Of a stretch of DNA of 64,000 nt, positions 1 through 13,578 are shown piece by piece. The notes under the pieces were generated by a model. That model searched no databases. It saw only the letters and a program-made list of their open reading frames with translations, and had not been told where the DNA came from. A program made the position numbers and the translations under genes. This stretch comes from Octopus sinensis (taxonomy: Eukaryota): the NCBI RefSeq assembly GCF_006345805.1, contig NC_043015.1, forward strand, positions 8,060,001 to 8,124,000. The letters run 5' to 3'. The stretch's first letter is position 1. Every line of letters begins with the position of its first letter.

Positions 1-417
1 TATTTGTGTATTTGTGCGTCTTTGAGGTTGAGGTTGTGTGTATATAGCATAAATACACTTCATACTGCCAGATTGAAGAATGCATCAAGTTGTGCATTAT
101 AGTTTCATATTGATTTTATTTTCCTACAGAATTATATTGGAATTTCTTACCTAAATCTCAGACAGTATTAAGTCTACACGTGTGTACATCCCACTTTAGC
201 TATAAACTCAGTAGTACGACATAATGTTCGCTTCTCACACACACTGACTGATAATATATATACTAATGATTTCAAACAGAGATAGATCTCAAGCTTCTTC
301 TTAGATAAATTGTCCCTTGGTATTTGACTGCTTCCTCATTTCATTTAACCAATATTTCGAGTAGGTCGAACATAATTTGAAATAAAAACTATATATGAGT
401 TTACCTATATATATATA

Positions 418-455
<38 letters not shown>

Positions 456-461
<6 letters not shown>

Positions 462-772
462 AAATTAGAGACAAAACCACTATTATGCAAATCAAACAAA
501 GAAGGACTTAAGCCAATACATAAAAAATTTATATACAAAATAATAAATTTAGGGAAACACACAGACAGACAGACAAACATTCTTAGTTTTATATATAGAG
601 AGAGATAATCAGACAGACACACACGACATACAAATATGTATATTTGTGTCTTTGTGCGTCTTTGGAAGATTATTCATTTGTTAAATTTTAATTATATAAA
701 TTTTTTATGTATTGGCTTAAGTCTTTCTTTGTTTGATTTGCATAATAGTGGTTTTGTCTCTAATTTATTATA
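456..772. repeat. 80-bp inverted repeat pair (456-535 / 693-772) with a 157-bp spacer
   Basis: The arms are reverse complements with one mismatch (gaagg vs gaaag). The unit lies between (TA)n tracts. Confidence 0.95.
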
Positions 773-857
773 ATATAATATTTTATTATAAAATTGGATT
801 CGATCTTAAATCTGATTTTTCCTTGTAAATTTGGATTTATTCCCTAATATTTATTAT

Positions 858-893
<36 letters not shown>

Positions 894-912
894 GCACATA
901 TATACAATCGCT

Positions 913-1363
913 AAGGCAGTGAGATGGCAGAATCATTAGCGTGGCGGGAAAAGGCTTAACGGCAGTTCACCTGTCTTTACTTTCTGTGTTCAAATTCCAC
1001 CGAGGTCGACTATGATTTTCATCCCTCTTTAGGTCGATGAAATAAGAACCAATTGAGCACTGTGGGTGATGTAATTAACTTACCCCTCCACCAAATTTCA
1101 CTCTTTGCACCTAGATTAGAATGGATTATTATTGTTGTTGGGTTTTTGCTAAGAACCGTTAGCACGCAGGGCAGAGTCCTTAGCGGCATTTCGTCAGTTT
1201 ATATGTTCTGAGTTCAAATTCCACCAAGGTCAACTTGGCGTTTCTTCCTTTCAGGGTCGATGAGATAACTACCAGTTGAACACTGAGGTCAATATAATCG
1301 ACTTATATCCTCCACTCAAATACCTGGAACTGTGCCAAAATTTCAAACCATTATTATTATTAT
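913..1363 (+). mobile_element. Two consecutive older A2-type SINE copies (~913-1131 and ~1145-1363)
   Basis: Same head and core as A1, but the tail is taccccctcc..aaatttca..cttgcacctag..(att)n. Diverged. Confidence 0.75.
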
Positions 1364-2008
1364 TATCATCATCATAGTTGTTTTACAAGGAATATGGAGA
1401 GGTATCACAATGGACACTCGTGCATCACAGCCGTAGTTTACTTAAATGTAAACAATTCTATATGCATATTCCTGTTGTTTGGTTTTACTTGAATTGTCAG
1501 AGCGCAGTTAAACGGTAATTATTCTAACCAGGTCTATGATTATAAATACAGTCGACGACAATGTTGAGACCATAGACAAATATAGTATAGTAACAGAAAA
1601 TACATTACCTTACTCACACTTTTTGTCTTTCTTACTGCCCTCTCTTTGTCTTCCCAATTTTTATGTGTTATTCAAAAGTGAATATTGCTCTATAATGTTG
1701 TTATAGCATTTCAGACAATCTTAGTTGTTTCAGACAATGGATGTGTGAAATAACTAGCTACATACTTTATAATTTCATGAATAAACATTTCTCTAGTTTC
1801 AGAAACGGATAATGTGATCAGCTGAATTCCCTTTTTTGCACCCAACACCGAAACCCATAAGTAATTGAATACGGAAATTAATAAATATATATCTGGAGAC
1901 AAAAATGTCTTCAAATTCTTCCTTCAATCACCAAAATTGTCCAGTCTTAGTAAAACATAGTGCCATATTTGATAATATGATTATATTAATAAACACACAC
2001 ACACGCGC

Positions 2009-2054
<46 letters not shown>

Positions 2055-2155
2055 CACACACATATATATATATACACACACAATATATATACATATACAC
2101 ACACATATATATACATATACACACATATATATATATATATATACACACACACACC

Positions 2156-2186
<31 letters not shown>

Positions 2187-2206
2187 TATATATACACACA
2201 CACACA

Positions 2207-2281
<75 letters not shown>

Positions 2282-2744
2282 TGGTCATGACTAAAATATC
2301 TTTGATCATTGATTTGCTCAATCAACAGTGAAAATGAATTAATAATTCCGACTGTTTAATTTCATTTTCTTAATATTGTCCTCTCACGTACTTGAAAGAA
2401 ACAGAGAGGAGGAGAAAGAGGGCGGGGATAGGGAGGGGGCAAAGAAATGAGGGGAAAGTGAGAAAAGGAAAGACAAGAGGAATCTGTTGTGTGTTATTTA
2501 TATGAAATCTTATGATATTAATCATTTGCATATCAGCACTTTCGAATGCAAGGCGCACAGAATATAACTGTGAATGTACTGAAACATTTTGGCAGAGATA
2601 AGCTAAGAATACAAACAAAATCGTACGCTGGATAAATGTATTGTTTGGGGAATCCTGTGTCACATTCAGAGTTAGCCGCAGGATAAAAATGAAGAGATTT
2701 CAATTACTTTTGAATGCTCTACTGATAGTAGTCACAATGTTATA

Positions 2745-2758
2745 ATGATGATGACGAC

Positions 2759-2846
<88 letters not shown>

Positions 2847-2868
2847 ATGATGATGATGATGATGGTGA
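2745..2868. repeat. (ATG)n microsatellite
   Basis: Near-perfect gat/atg array; source of the poly-Met and poly-Ile ORFs. Confidence 0.95.
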
Positions 2869-3866
2869 TTCTCCTCATCCTAAATTTTTTTTCTGGATCG
2901 TTTGGAGTTTTGAAGGAAGAAATGATGTTCTTTACCATGCAGATTTTACCGAATGTAAATTACGCCGATATCATTGGCAATCCTAAGAGTATTCAGTGCT
3001 TGAGGTAAAGAAAACGGGAATCAAAAGCTGAATGCCGTTTCCATTCGACCGAAAAATTACAAACTCACCATGGCAACACATTTAATATAGAAATAGGTAG
3101 GAGAGGAACTCGCGCAAAAAAAAAAAAAAATCACACACACGCACACAAACACAAAAGAAGAAAGGAGGAAGTTTAATGATTTTTGGCGTTGGCAGAACGT
3201 CAATTCTTAAAGATGGATGATTAATTGCCGATGGCATATCATACTAGTGAGATATTATAGCGAAGACAGTTGACAAAGAAGATTGCGTTGTAATTTTAAT
3301 ATTTCATCTTTCGTATGAGCCCCTTCCTTTGACGAGATTTTGACATTACTCCCGACTGTTCACCAAAAACTGAAAGAATACCAAATCTCCGATATATATA
3401 CCAAATCACGATCCTAGAACTACTACTACGCTGTTCCCATACTTGGTATATGGTTATATGGTTTCCGAAAGCTTTAAACACTAAGATGACCTCAGCGAGA
3501 ATTGAAATCGTTGAGCAGAAACACGGATCAAATGCCGTATGATATATGCAATGCTAAAAGGTAATTTTCCCTTTTAACTGTATTGCAACATTCACATCTA
3601 ATTTCGATTAAATTTTTTGTCACAAAGCCAGGAATTTCGCAGAAAGGGGTTAGTTGACAACATCGACACCAGTAATCAACTGGCACTTATTCTATCTACC
3701 ACGAAGTATGAAATGCAAATTTCACCTCGGTAAAATTTGAAGTAAAACGTAAGGCCAGACAAAAGCGTGCTTCTTGGTTCATTGTATTCCATCCTTAGTT
3801 ATATCTTTATCAGCGTCATTACCGTTACTTATTTCGGCAAGGAAAGATGAAACAAAGTACATCTCA

Positions 3867-3966
3867 GATGCTTATGTATGTGTGTGTATGTGTATGTGTG
3901 CGCGCGTGTATATTTATGTATATGCACACATATATGTTTGTGTGTATATATATATATATATATGTT

Positions 3967-4002
<36 letters not shown>

Positions 4003-4058
4003 GTGTGTGTGTGTGTGTGTGCGTATATATACGTATATATACATATATATGTATATAT

Positions 4059-4111
<53 letters not shown>

Positions 4112-4216
4112 CGTATATATACGTATATATACATATATATGTATATATTTATATATATATATATATATATAATATATATATATATATATGTAAGTGTGTG
4201 TATATAGAAATGCCTG

Positions 4217-4257
<41 letters not shown>

Positions 4258-4325
4258 TATATATATTATATATATATATATATAATATATATATATATAT
4301 AATTATATATGTTTGCATATATATA
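3867..4325. repeat. Compound (TA)n/(TG)n microsatellite field
   Basis: Directly visible; one of many such fields (e.g. 1990-2278, 9367-9770, 23570-24105, 52728-52805, 57683-58160). Confidence 0.95.
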
Positions 4326-4843
4326 TTGACTAAAGGAAAATTATTATTTACTCTTATACTACTTGGCTCAAATAACTAGAAATAATAGCCAAATTTTCTC
4401 TAGATCAATCCATACTTTCATCTCAAAAGGAAAATTACATATTTGGTAATGTAGTGTTGAATACTTTCGAAAATGAAGAATATAGTCACGGTTAGGATTC
4501 TCAAATGATAATTCTGTTCGATCGATTGGTAGCAAAAGGCATATCAGCAGTAACGCGTATAGATTATTATTTTAAATTTGGTAAAATACGATAGTCACCC
4601 ATTTGTTTTGGGACCAGATTGTTAATGAATGGGCGTTACGTTACCTCTACTTGTCGTAAAAGGCAACTAAAAAAGTTTGAGCTAAGATTTGCGATCTGAC
4701 CTCATAAAACCCTCACGATTAACGACTACCCAAACAGACTTAATCGTCGGAGAGTTTTCGCCTGATTGGCCTAAAGGTATCCTCCTCCAGGAGTAGGGAA
4801 GAAATTGTGGATTCATCGTCTCGCTGTGACAAGGCATATTACC

Positions 4844-4882
<39 letters not shown>

Positions 4883-5913
4883 AACATTTAAATGGACCCC
4901 AGCTATCGATTGGTGATAATTTGCTTAACACACAAATGAAAACGAAATTTAAGGTTGTTAGAATTTTCGTCTTGAGCGACAGTTTGAAATCAAATCAGTC
5001 CATTCCTGAACCATTCAACTATATATTAAAACCTCAGTCTAGCAGAAGACGACATAGTTTATGTTTTTTATATATTTTTTTATTTAGTGTTGCTTTTTGT
5101 GTAATAGTTGGACATTTGATGAAATCAAGCACAATTCTTACTAACTTGTAATTAGTTTTTCAACCATGAAATGATGAACAGAAAAGCCGACATGACCAGG
5201 TTTTATGATTCAGAACGTATCAAGACATAGGTATAAATTTAGGCCAGGAAATTGTGTTGGTAACTTCTAACACTTCGTCCATCTATCGTCAATGAAATAT
5301 ATTGATATTAACTTCTAAATTTGGTATAAAGCAAAAATTCCTTTTTAGCTCTAGAGTGGGCAATCAATTAAATTCAGTAAAGATACTTATTTTATCGATC
5401 CTGGAAAGATGAAAGCCCATATATACACGGCAAGATTTGTATCGAAGAATGTTAAACTATGTTAGTAAATTAGGTCAATGTAGTTTGACTGGCGTCTTGA
5501 CGATTCTTCCATCAAACACTATTCCGTTGTATTAATATTCAGCAAATGAATTATTTCGCTGTGCAAGATGCAAGGCCACACATTTTCTTTGTTATTGCAA
5601 ATACACATACTAATATTTATACCACTTCGAAGAACAAACACTATAATTTATACCATTACGAACAACAAATACAGTTATTTATACCATTGATTCGAAATTG
5701 AAAAAACAAAAACAAAACAAAAAACAAAAAAAAAAGACAATGTAGATCATGGCACGATGTAAATTCATTAATTCCTTTTCAATAATACCAAACGATAATA
5801 TGAAGGAAAAATCGGTAGCCTTGAGTAAATCGATTATAGTATTTTCCTGATACGCATATTACATACTCAGATGATCAAAGAGACGTAGGTCTGCCTTCTG
5901 AATTTTAACTTCA

Positions 5914-5966
<53 letters not shown>

Positions 5967-6358
5967 TGATGATGATGATAGTTATTATTAATCGCAGAAG
6001 CAGTAAGTTGAAGGTGGTGATGAAGAAGCAGTAGTAGTAGTGTTAGTAGTAGATGAAAATATAATTCTTTCTAATTTTGGCACAAAGACTGAAGGCTTAA
6101 TGGAGAAGTAAGTTAATTATGCCGGCCCCAATGTTCAACTGCTATTTCTTTGATCGACCCCGGAAGGATGAAAGGCAAGATCGACCTCCACAGAATTTGA
6201 ACTCAGAACTCAAACATGCACTTAATGCCTCTAGGTATTATGTTCGGCGTGCTAACGATTATGTCAGCTCACCATCCTATAAGGACAACCCTGATAACTT
6301 TACTTATCTCAACGACCCCTCTAGGCATTATGTTCGGCGTGGTAGCGATTATGTTAGC

Positions 6359-6591
6359 AAGGCGGCGAGCTGGCAGAAACGTTAGCACGTCGGGCGAAAT
6401 GCTTAGCGGTATTTCGTCTGCCGTTACGTTGTGAGTTCAAATTCCGCCGAGGTCGACTTTACCTTTCATCCTTTCGGGGTCGATAAATAAAGTACCAGTT
6501 ACGCACTGGGGTCGATGTAATCGACTTAATACCTATGTCTGTCCTTGTTTGTTCCTTCTATGTTTAGCCCCTTGTGGGTAATAAAGAAATA
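6359..6591 (+). mobile_element. SINE family A1 (tRNA-like head, central core, ...aaagaaata tail), full length
   Basis: Head aaggcggcgagctggcagaa, B-box-like gagttcaaattc. 18-bp TSD ggtagcgattatgttagc at 6341-6358 and 6592-6609. Confidence 0.9.
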
Positions 6592-7035
6592 GGTAGCGAT
6601 TATGTTAGCTCACTATTCTATAAGGATGGCCCTTTCTACTATAAGCAACTCGCCACACATTTTCGGTGAGAGAAAGCTAATCTCGATTTCATTGACTCCA
6701 CTTCTCGAATGGTACTTATTTTAGCGACCTCAGAAAACTGAGAGGGCAAAGCTTTGACCTCGGCGGAATTTGAGCTCAGAAGGAAATAATGCTGGTAATC
6801 ATTTTGTTCGCTTAAATAATATAAACTACGATTCTTTTTAAAATATGCACAAGATCTGAAATTCTGGGTGAGGGGGCCAGTCGATTACAACGCCTCCAGT
6901 GCTTAACTGTTACTTATCTCAACGACCCCGGGGGAATACGACTAACGATGACGTTCTACGAAATATCTCTTTGAAGAGTTTGCGATGAATGGTCTTACAT
7001 AGGAAGAGGACAATGACATTCTATATACAATATAT

Positions 7036-7376
7036 CCGGAGACCCCCTTCGGTCACGACACAGACCATGGGATTGCACCTAGAAAGTTACCCTCCTAGAC
7101 ACAAGTCCGGGCGAGGTTGTTTATGGAAGACCAGCAGTCGCCCATGCATACCAGCCTCCCCTCTCCACGCCACCAGTGTTATCCAAGGGAAAGACAAAGG
7201 TCGATACAGCTTGGCACCAGTGACGTCGCAACTCATTTCTACAGCTGAGTGAACTGGAGCAACGTGAAATAAAGTGCCTTGCTCAAGAACACAACACGCA
7301 GCCCGGTCCGGGATTCGAGCTCACAACCTCACGATCGTAAGCTCGACGCTCTAACCACTGAGCCATGCGCCTTCAC
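7036..7376 (-). mobile_element. SINE family C (tRNA-Arg-like head, CORE-like domain; probably an octopus OR-type SINE)
   Basis: gtgaaggcgcatggctcagtggttagagc..ttacgat..; CORE-like ttcttgagcaaggcactttatttcac. TSD atacaatatat at 7025-7035 and 7377-7387. The OR name is from memory. Confidence 0.9.
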
Positions 7377-7638
7377 ATACAATATATACAACAACAATAA
7401 TCACATATATACACACATACATAAATAAGACAGTATAAATAAATGCTCTAATGGTACACTGCTGTTCAATCAATTAAGAAGCCGCTGCTCGTTACTGGCC
7501 AAGACTACTGACAACGGGAAACACTTTCTTTGAAATCTACGTGCAGGTAATCAAACTACTTAGTCAGAAAATTGCCTTCGAGCTACTCAGATATAGGAGT
7601 CTATGAGAAACGTCTTATATCGTCTTCCTATATAGATA

Positions 7639-8014
7639 GAAGCACTCCGTCGGTTACGACGACGAGGGTTCAGGTTGATCCGAATCAACGGAACAGCCTG
7701 CTCGTGAAATTAACGTGTAATTGGCTGAGCACTCCACAGACACGTGTACCCTTAACGTAGTTCTCGGGGATACTCAGCGTGACACAGAGAGTGACAAAGC
7801 CGGCCCTTTGAAATACAGGTACAACAGAACAGGAAGTAAAGTGAGAGAAAGTTGTGGTAAGAGTACAGCAGGGATCACCACCATCCCTGCCGGAGCCTCG
7901 TGGAGCTTTAGGTGTTTTCGCTCAATAAACACTCACAACGCCCGGTTTGGGAATCGAAACCGCGATCCTATGACCGCGAGTCCGCTGCCCAACCACTGGG
8001 CCATTGCGCCTCCA
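7639..8014 (-). mobile_element. SINE family B (tRNA-like head), full length
   Basis: Near-identical to 30790-31175. Flanked by cgtcttcctatat (7621-7633) and cgtcttcgtatat (8016-8028). Confidence 0.9.
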
Positions 8015-8095
8015 CCGTCTTCGTATATCTCTTCATATTCTCATGAATCAACCATTGTAAAGTAAATATTACATGTTTCAAATAGGTAAAGTACT

Positions 8096-8338
8096 TACTC
8101 TTTTTTTTACTCTTTTACGCCTTTCCTTGTTTCATTCATTTGACTGCGGCCATGCTGGAGCACCGCCTTTAGTCGAGCAAGTCGACCCCAGGACTTATTC
8201 TTTGTAAGCTCAGTACTTATTCTATCGGTTTCTTTTGCCGAACCGCTAAGGGACGGCGACTTAAACACACCAGCATCGGTTGTCAAGCAATGCTAGGGGG
8301 ACAAACACATACACACAAACATACACACACACATAATA
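8096..8338 (-). mobile_element. SINE family D, 3' half; runs into the assembly gap
   Basis: Reverse complement of the D tail up to the internal (CA)n, then Ns. Confidence 0.85.
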
Positions 8339-8438
8339 NNNNNNNNNNNNNNNNNNNNNNNNNNNNNNNNNNNNNNNNNNNNNNNNNNNNNNNNNNNNNN
8401 NNNNNNNNNNNNNNNNNNNNNNNNNNNNNNNNNNNNNN
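8339..8438. other. Assembly gap, exactly 100 N
   Basis: A run of 100 n; a round number usually marks a gap of unknown size. Confidence 0.99.
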
Positions 8439-9635
8439 CATATGCTTCAAAACATGGCTATATGTCTAAGAAACTCAATTTTCAAGACGTGTTTATCGGT
8501 TCAGTCCTTCACCTTGGGCAAATTTTGAGAACGAAGTTAGTAACGGGAAACTGTAACAAAACCCATGGTCTCTCTATGTACCTGTATGTGTGTATGTGTG
8601 CGTGTGTGTAAGTGTATGCGTGTGCATATTGGCGAGTGTGTTTGTGAGTATGTCTGTAATGTTGGTGCCTTTATACCACACAAATGCATGTCAACTGTGG
8701 TTGGTTTGTTTACGTTCATATGTCTTAAGTGTTCATCAAAAGTTACCGATTGAACTTACGAGTACCACACTTTTATTAACAAAAAAGTGCTTAGATCTAT
8801 TGTTTCGACTAAATCCTTCATGACTGCCCCAGCATTGCCGCAGACCAATGAAGAGAACAAGTAAAAGATTTTAAAAAATATTCTGGATAACACTAAATTG
8901 TCCAATATCAAGTCTTAAATCTAATTATATGCGCTTTCGCCAATGATTACATCGTGTTCATGCATGTAGCACTGTTTTACATGGGCAACACATTCAGTTT
9001 TGCAGCGGTGGATAGAGTGTATGGAAAACGAGCAAATGCGGCACAGTTCCTTGAAAGCGAAAGCATTATGTTACATGGCAAAGTTGGAATACCCACAAGA
9101 CAATCTTAAAGAAATCCTTGAATGGCGTTGCACCAATATGTTGTCATTCAATGCGGAACTGGTCGAATGAAACAAGCAAAGCCAAATACTGAGATTCATG
9201 GGAAAGAATGGTAAAAAAATTACTGAAGTCCCTGAAGTGCAGAAATAATATGAGAGCAACAAAAGACATGATTTGTTTAAACACACTACAGGTTTCATAT
9301 TCATTGCGGAAAGCGTACACAATATACAGTAGAGGTATATACAATTAGAAGCACACCGCATATACATATGTATATATGTATGTATGTATGTATTTATGTA
9401 TGTATGTATCTATCTATCTATCTATCCATCTATCTATTTGTCTGTTTGTCTATGAATATAATGTATGTGTGTGTATAAATGTATGCATATATAGATATGG
9501 GTGTATATATCCACATATGCACAGGTAAACGCATGGAAATATAACTATGTACGCATGCATACATAAACATATAAATGATGCTAATAGTGTATGTATATAT
9601 ATATATATATATATGTATGTATATATATTTTTATG

Positions 9636-9668
<33 letters not shown>

Positions 9669-10184
9669 GTGTATATATATATGTGTGTGTATATATATAT
9701 ATGTGTATATATATATGTTTATTTATATATATATAAATATATATATTTCCCAATATGAGCGCATATGTATGTGACCATGTGCGTTGATAAAATACGATCA
9801 CTGAACATATAAAAAGAAAACACTCGAAGAATAATGGTGTTAATTAACGTTAATATTTAATGTAATAATATAATGGAAATAATTGCGGTTTGGATTCCAT
9901 GTAAAATTCAAAATTTTATAATACATTGTTTGGGAGACGGAATAATTCTGGAAGATATTATGTACATTTATTTGGAAGTGTGTCATACAAAGTCTATACA
10001 GCTCTTTAACTGAACTTAGGAACCAGCTACTCTATATTTAATACAAATATAATGGCGTCGACCATCGTGATTGCTATAATGATGACAATGATAATGACGG
10101 CTATTAAGATAGTTCTGATGATGATGATGATGGTGGTGTTATTGTTTATGATTGGTATGAGAATGGTTATGTTGTCGATGTTAT

Positions 10185-10515
10185 GTGAGACTGCATGGCT
10201 CAGTGGTTAAAGCATCGGGTTCAAAATCGTATGGTAGTGACCTCTATTCCCGGGCCGGGTTTGTGCTGTGTTCTTGAGCAAGACACTTTATTTCACGTTA
10301 CTCCAGTTCACTCAGCTTTAGAAATGAGTTGAGACGTCACCGGTGCCAAGCTGTATCGGCCTTTTCCTTTCCCTTGGATAACATCGGTGGCATGGAGAAG
10401 AGAGGAGGGGGTCTGGTATGCATGAGTGACGGCTGGTATTCCTTAACCTTGCCAAGACCTTTCCATTGGAGGGAAACTCTCTAAGTGCTATCCCATGGTC
10501 ATTCATGGCAAAAGG
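10185..10515 (+). mobile_element. SINE family C, diverged
   Basis: Colinear with 7036-7376. Confidence 0.85.
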
Positions 10516-11559
10516 ATTACTTTACCCTATGTTGTCTGTGTGATGATTATAAAAGCGGAGAACAAGACGGATGTTCAGATGTTGTTCATGTGGATGTTTG
10601 TAATATCGGCGCTGTAATATGTAATGTGGGCGCTTGTATCAACGATGATAAAACAATAATTTTGTTTCTGATGTTGATAACGATGATGATGATTGCCATA
10701 ATGATGATGATGATGGACTTCCTAATTACTATAACATCGATGATACTATAGACGTCGATTCATTTGACGGTGATAATATAAACTACGACGTCGACGAAGA
10801 GGAAGACCACAGCGACGGCGATGATATGACGATCGTGTTGAAGCTAATGATGATTATGTCGATGATAAGGGTGAAGATTCTAATGATGTTTGTAAAGATG
10901 ATGGTCTTGAAGATGCTGACAGTCGATCATAATGGTGATAACGAGGATAACAATGGTGATGCATGTGCTAACTAACATAGAAACATTACAGACTGTTCTC
11001 CAACCCTTTTGAGCCATGAATTGTCCTCGTTTCAGCTGGGACGTTTAAATGTTTCATAATTGGTCGTTCTCACTTCAACTTAAATAAATCTATACAGCTT
11101 TCAAATCTATACGACGCTCAACTTCTTATAATTCAATTATCTCATGGTCACGGCCACTACTTCAATGATTATAACATGTATTTCTTTCATTACAATATCA
11201 TCATCATCATCATCAACATCATCGTCATCGTCATCTACCACAACAAGAAAGATAATGATAAATAAATCAGAAAACAACGAAAAGTAAAAATGCATGAGTA
11301 ATAATAGAAAGAAAGATATAAAGAAATGAAGAATTACGACAAAAGAGAGAAACGGCAAAATATAAGTCTTATAGAATTTCTTTAATCCCATTTATATTTT
11401 ATGTAAAAATTGAAGCAAACGAGAATTGGAATCATAATAGCTGGGAACCATGCTTTGTGTCTACAGTGACACTGCAAATGATTCCTACTATTGTGTCAAA
11501 ACCATAAGATTATATACTCTATTATTTGAAGAACTCATAACATTGATATTGCAATATTC

Positions 11560-11628
11560 TTACTACTACTACTACTACCACCACTACTACCACTACTACT
11601 ACTGCCACCATCGCCACCACCACCAGAA

Positions 11629-11684
<56 letters not shown>

Positions 11685-11855
11685 GCCGCCGCCGCCGCCA
11701 CCATCACCACAACTACTACTACTACTACTACAGCTGCTGTTGCTGCTACTGATAATGATGATGATGATGCTACAAACACAACAACTACTGCTGGTTGTAG
11801 CACTGGCAGAAGTTGTTTATCAGTAGCAGTATTATCATTCGTATTAACAATAATA

Positions 11856-11899
<44 letters not shown>

Positions 11900-11910
11900 C
11901 AACAATAAAA
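11560..11910. repeat. Compound (TAC/CAC/CGC)n and (AAT)n trinucleotide field
   Basis: Directly visible; similar fields at 22860-23460, 24697-24775, 27570-27800 and 28420-28600. Confidence 0.9.
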
Positions 11911-12488
11911 CACGTTTTAATAGCATTAAATACTGCTCTCTTAGCATCGTAAACCATGATGATGTGGAGGAAGATGATGATGGTGACGACGACGCGGATG
12001 ATGATTACGATGGAGGTAGTTGGTGGCGATGCTGGCAGCGACGATGATGATAATGAATGTAATGATAGAGACGAAGAGAGTGAAGACGTGTGAGTGTGAG
12101 AGCAGATGAGAAGGCGAAACTGGATGTGTATAAGAATGTCGATGAGTTTGCATGCTTATTTGCAACGCACCACAGGCTTAAACAGATTACTGGAGTTCAG
12201 CTGGCGTAGAAGACATGAAACAGTTACGCAACGGCATTGAGATGTATAATAAGATGTATATTACTACATAAATGGAATGTTTTTCTAGAATTGTTCCTTG
12301 GCCACACAAATGTTCTATTACCACTGCAGATTATACCGACACTAAATACTTTAGCGGTAGGATATTTGGTTGACCCCCATAGAGATAAAACAAGAGGTCA
12401 AATTTGAATTCTGTCAAATAGCTATAAAAAAAACTAATTTAAAATCTTTCTTCTTGTTGCCTATAGCAACAACAAAAATATCAACAGC

Positions 12489-12519
<31 letters not shown>

Positions 12520-12721
12520 CCTTTCTACTGTAGGCACAGGGCCGGGGATTTGTGGAGAGGGGACTAGTCGAGTACTTCGACTCCAGTGTTTCACTGGTAC
12601 TTAATTTGTAGACTCCGAAAGGATGAATGGCAAAGTTGGACCCAGTAATGGTAATAATAATAATAATAAACGATCCTGACATCTCGCTGCCTGAATATTC
12701 AGGACTTGCACCTATAGTAGA

Positions 12722-12759
<38 letters not shown>

Positions 12760-13578
12760 TAATAATAATAATAACAATAACAACAGTAATAATAATAATT
12801 CTGGTACAAGGGGTTTATATTTAGAAGTAAGAAAAATCGATTTTGCTGATGCACGTGCGTAGTTGATACAAATCTGAGGTAAAGAGCCGACCATGTCGCG
12901 CACATGTGGTTGTGATGAACGGGCCAGGCGTACCTTTATGAGATGTGTACTTATGATGGCTAGAATGGGCCCCGCATATTTGTACCCAAGTGTCACTTTG
13001 ATGGCATAAGCTACTCTGTCTCACTCTTTAATAATAATAGTAATTTTGGCACAATGCCAACAATTTCGTGGGAGGGCATAAGTCGAATGGACCCCGAAAA
13101 GATGAAAGGCAAACTAAGCCTCGGTAGCGCTTGAAATGAAAACCTAATGCCGAACGAAATGCTAAGTATTTAGTTCGGCATGCTAACTATTCTGCCATCT
13201 GGCTGCCTGTATATTAACAACAACAACAACAACAACTGCAGCAATTCAGGCACTAGGACTCTATATTTAGAAGTAAGGAAAATAGATCACATTGATGCGC
13301 GTGCGTATTTGATACTAATTTTTCACCCACGCAGGAAGACCGGCAAATTAGACCTCTGCGGAATAAGGCACTTCTAAGGGAAACAGCGCATAGAAATACC
13401 GCAAGTTATTTTGAACGGAGATCTAACAACCGGTCTATTCTTCTGCACTTTAGAAGAAAATACTCTATTGGTAACAAAGGACTATAACATTAGAGGGACA
13501 ATGTATAAGCAAAATAAAAGAAAAAAGCTGTATGAAACACTAGGGTATTTACACCGTCTAAATGTGCCAGGTTACCAA

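Noticed and set aside
1711-1914. 67-aa minus-strand ORF tested as a next neuroligin exon
   Set aside because: It has no PVMVxIHG, YDGSxLA or YRLGxLGF-type motifs, and none were found elsewhere in 1-20714 by eye.
1905-4379. Many overlapping ORFs rich in YI/HT/VC or poly-Met/Ile
   Set aside because: They are translations of (TA)n, (CA)n and (ATG)n arrays. The same applies to similar ORFs at 9547-9774, 17248-18814, 21206-24215 and 57615-58705.
4641-4672. ttgtcgtaaaaggcaactaa, reminiscent of a motif in some LINE/SINE 5' regions
   Set aside because: A single short degenerate match recalled from memory; nothing else in the window corroborates it.
7290-7376. tRNA-Arg-like sequence with A and B boxes
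   Set aside because: It is the head of a SINE continuing into a CORE-like domain and bracketed by a TSD. The same holds for the heads of families A, B and D; no genuine tRNA gene is supported.
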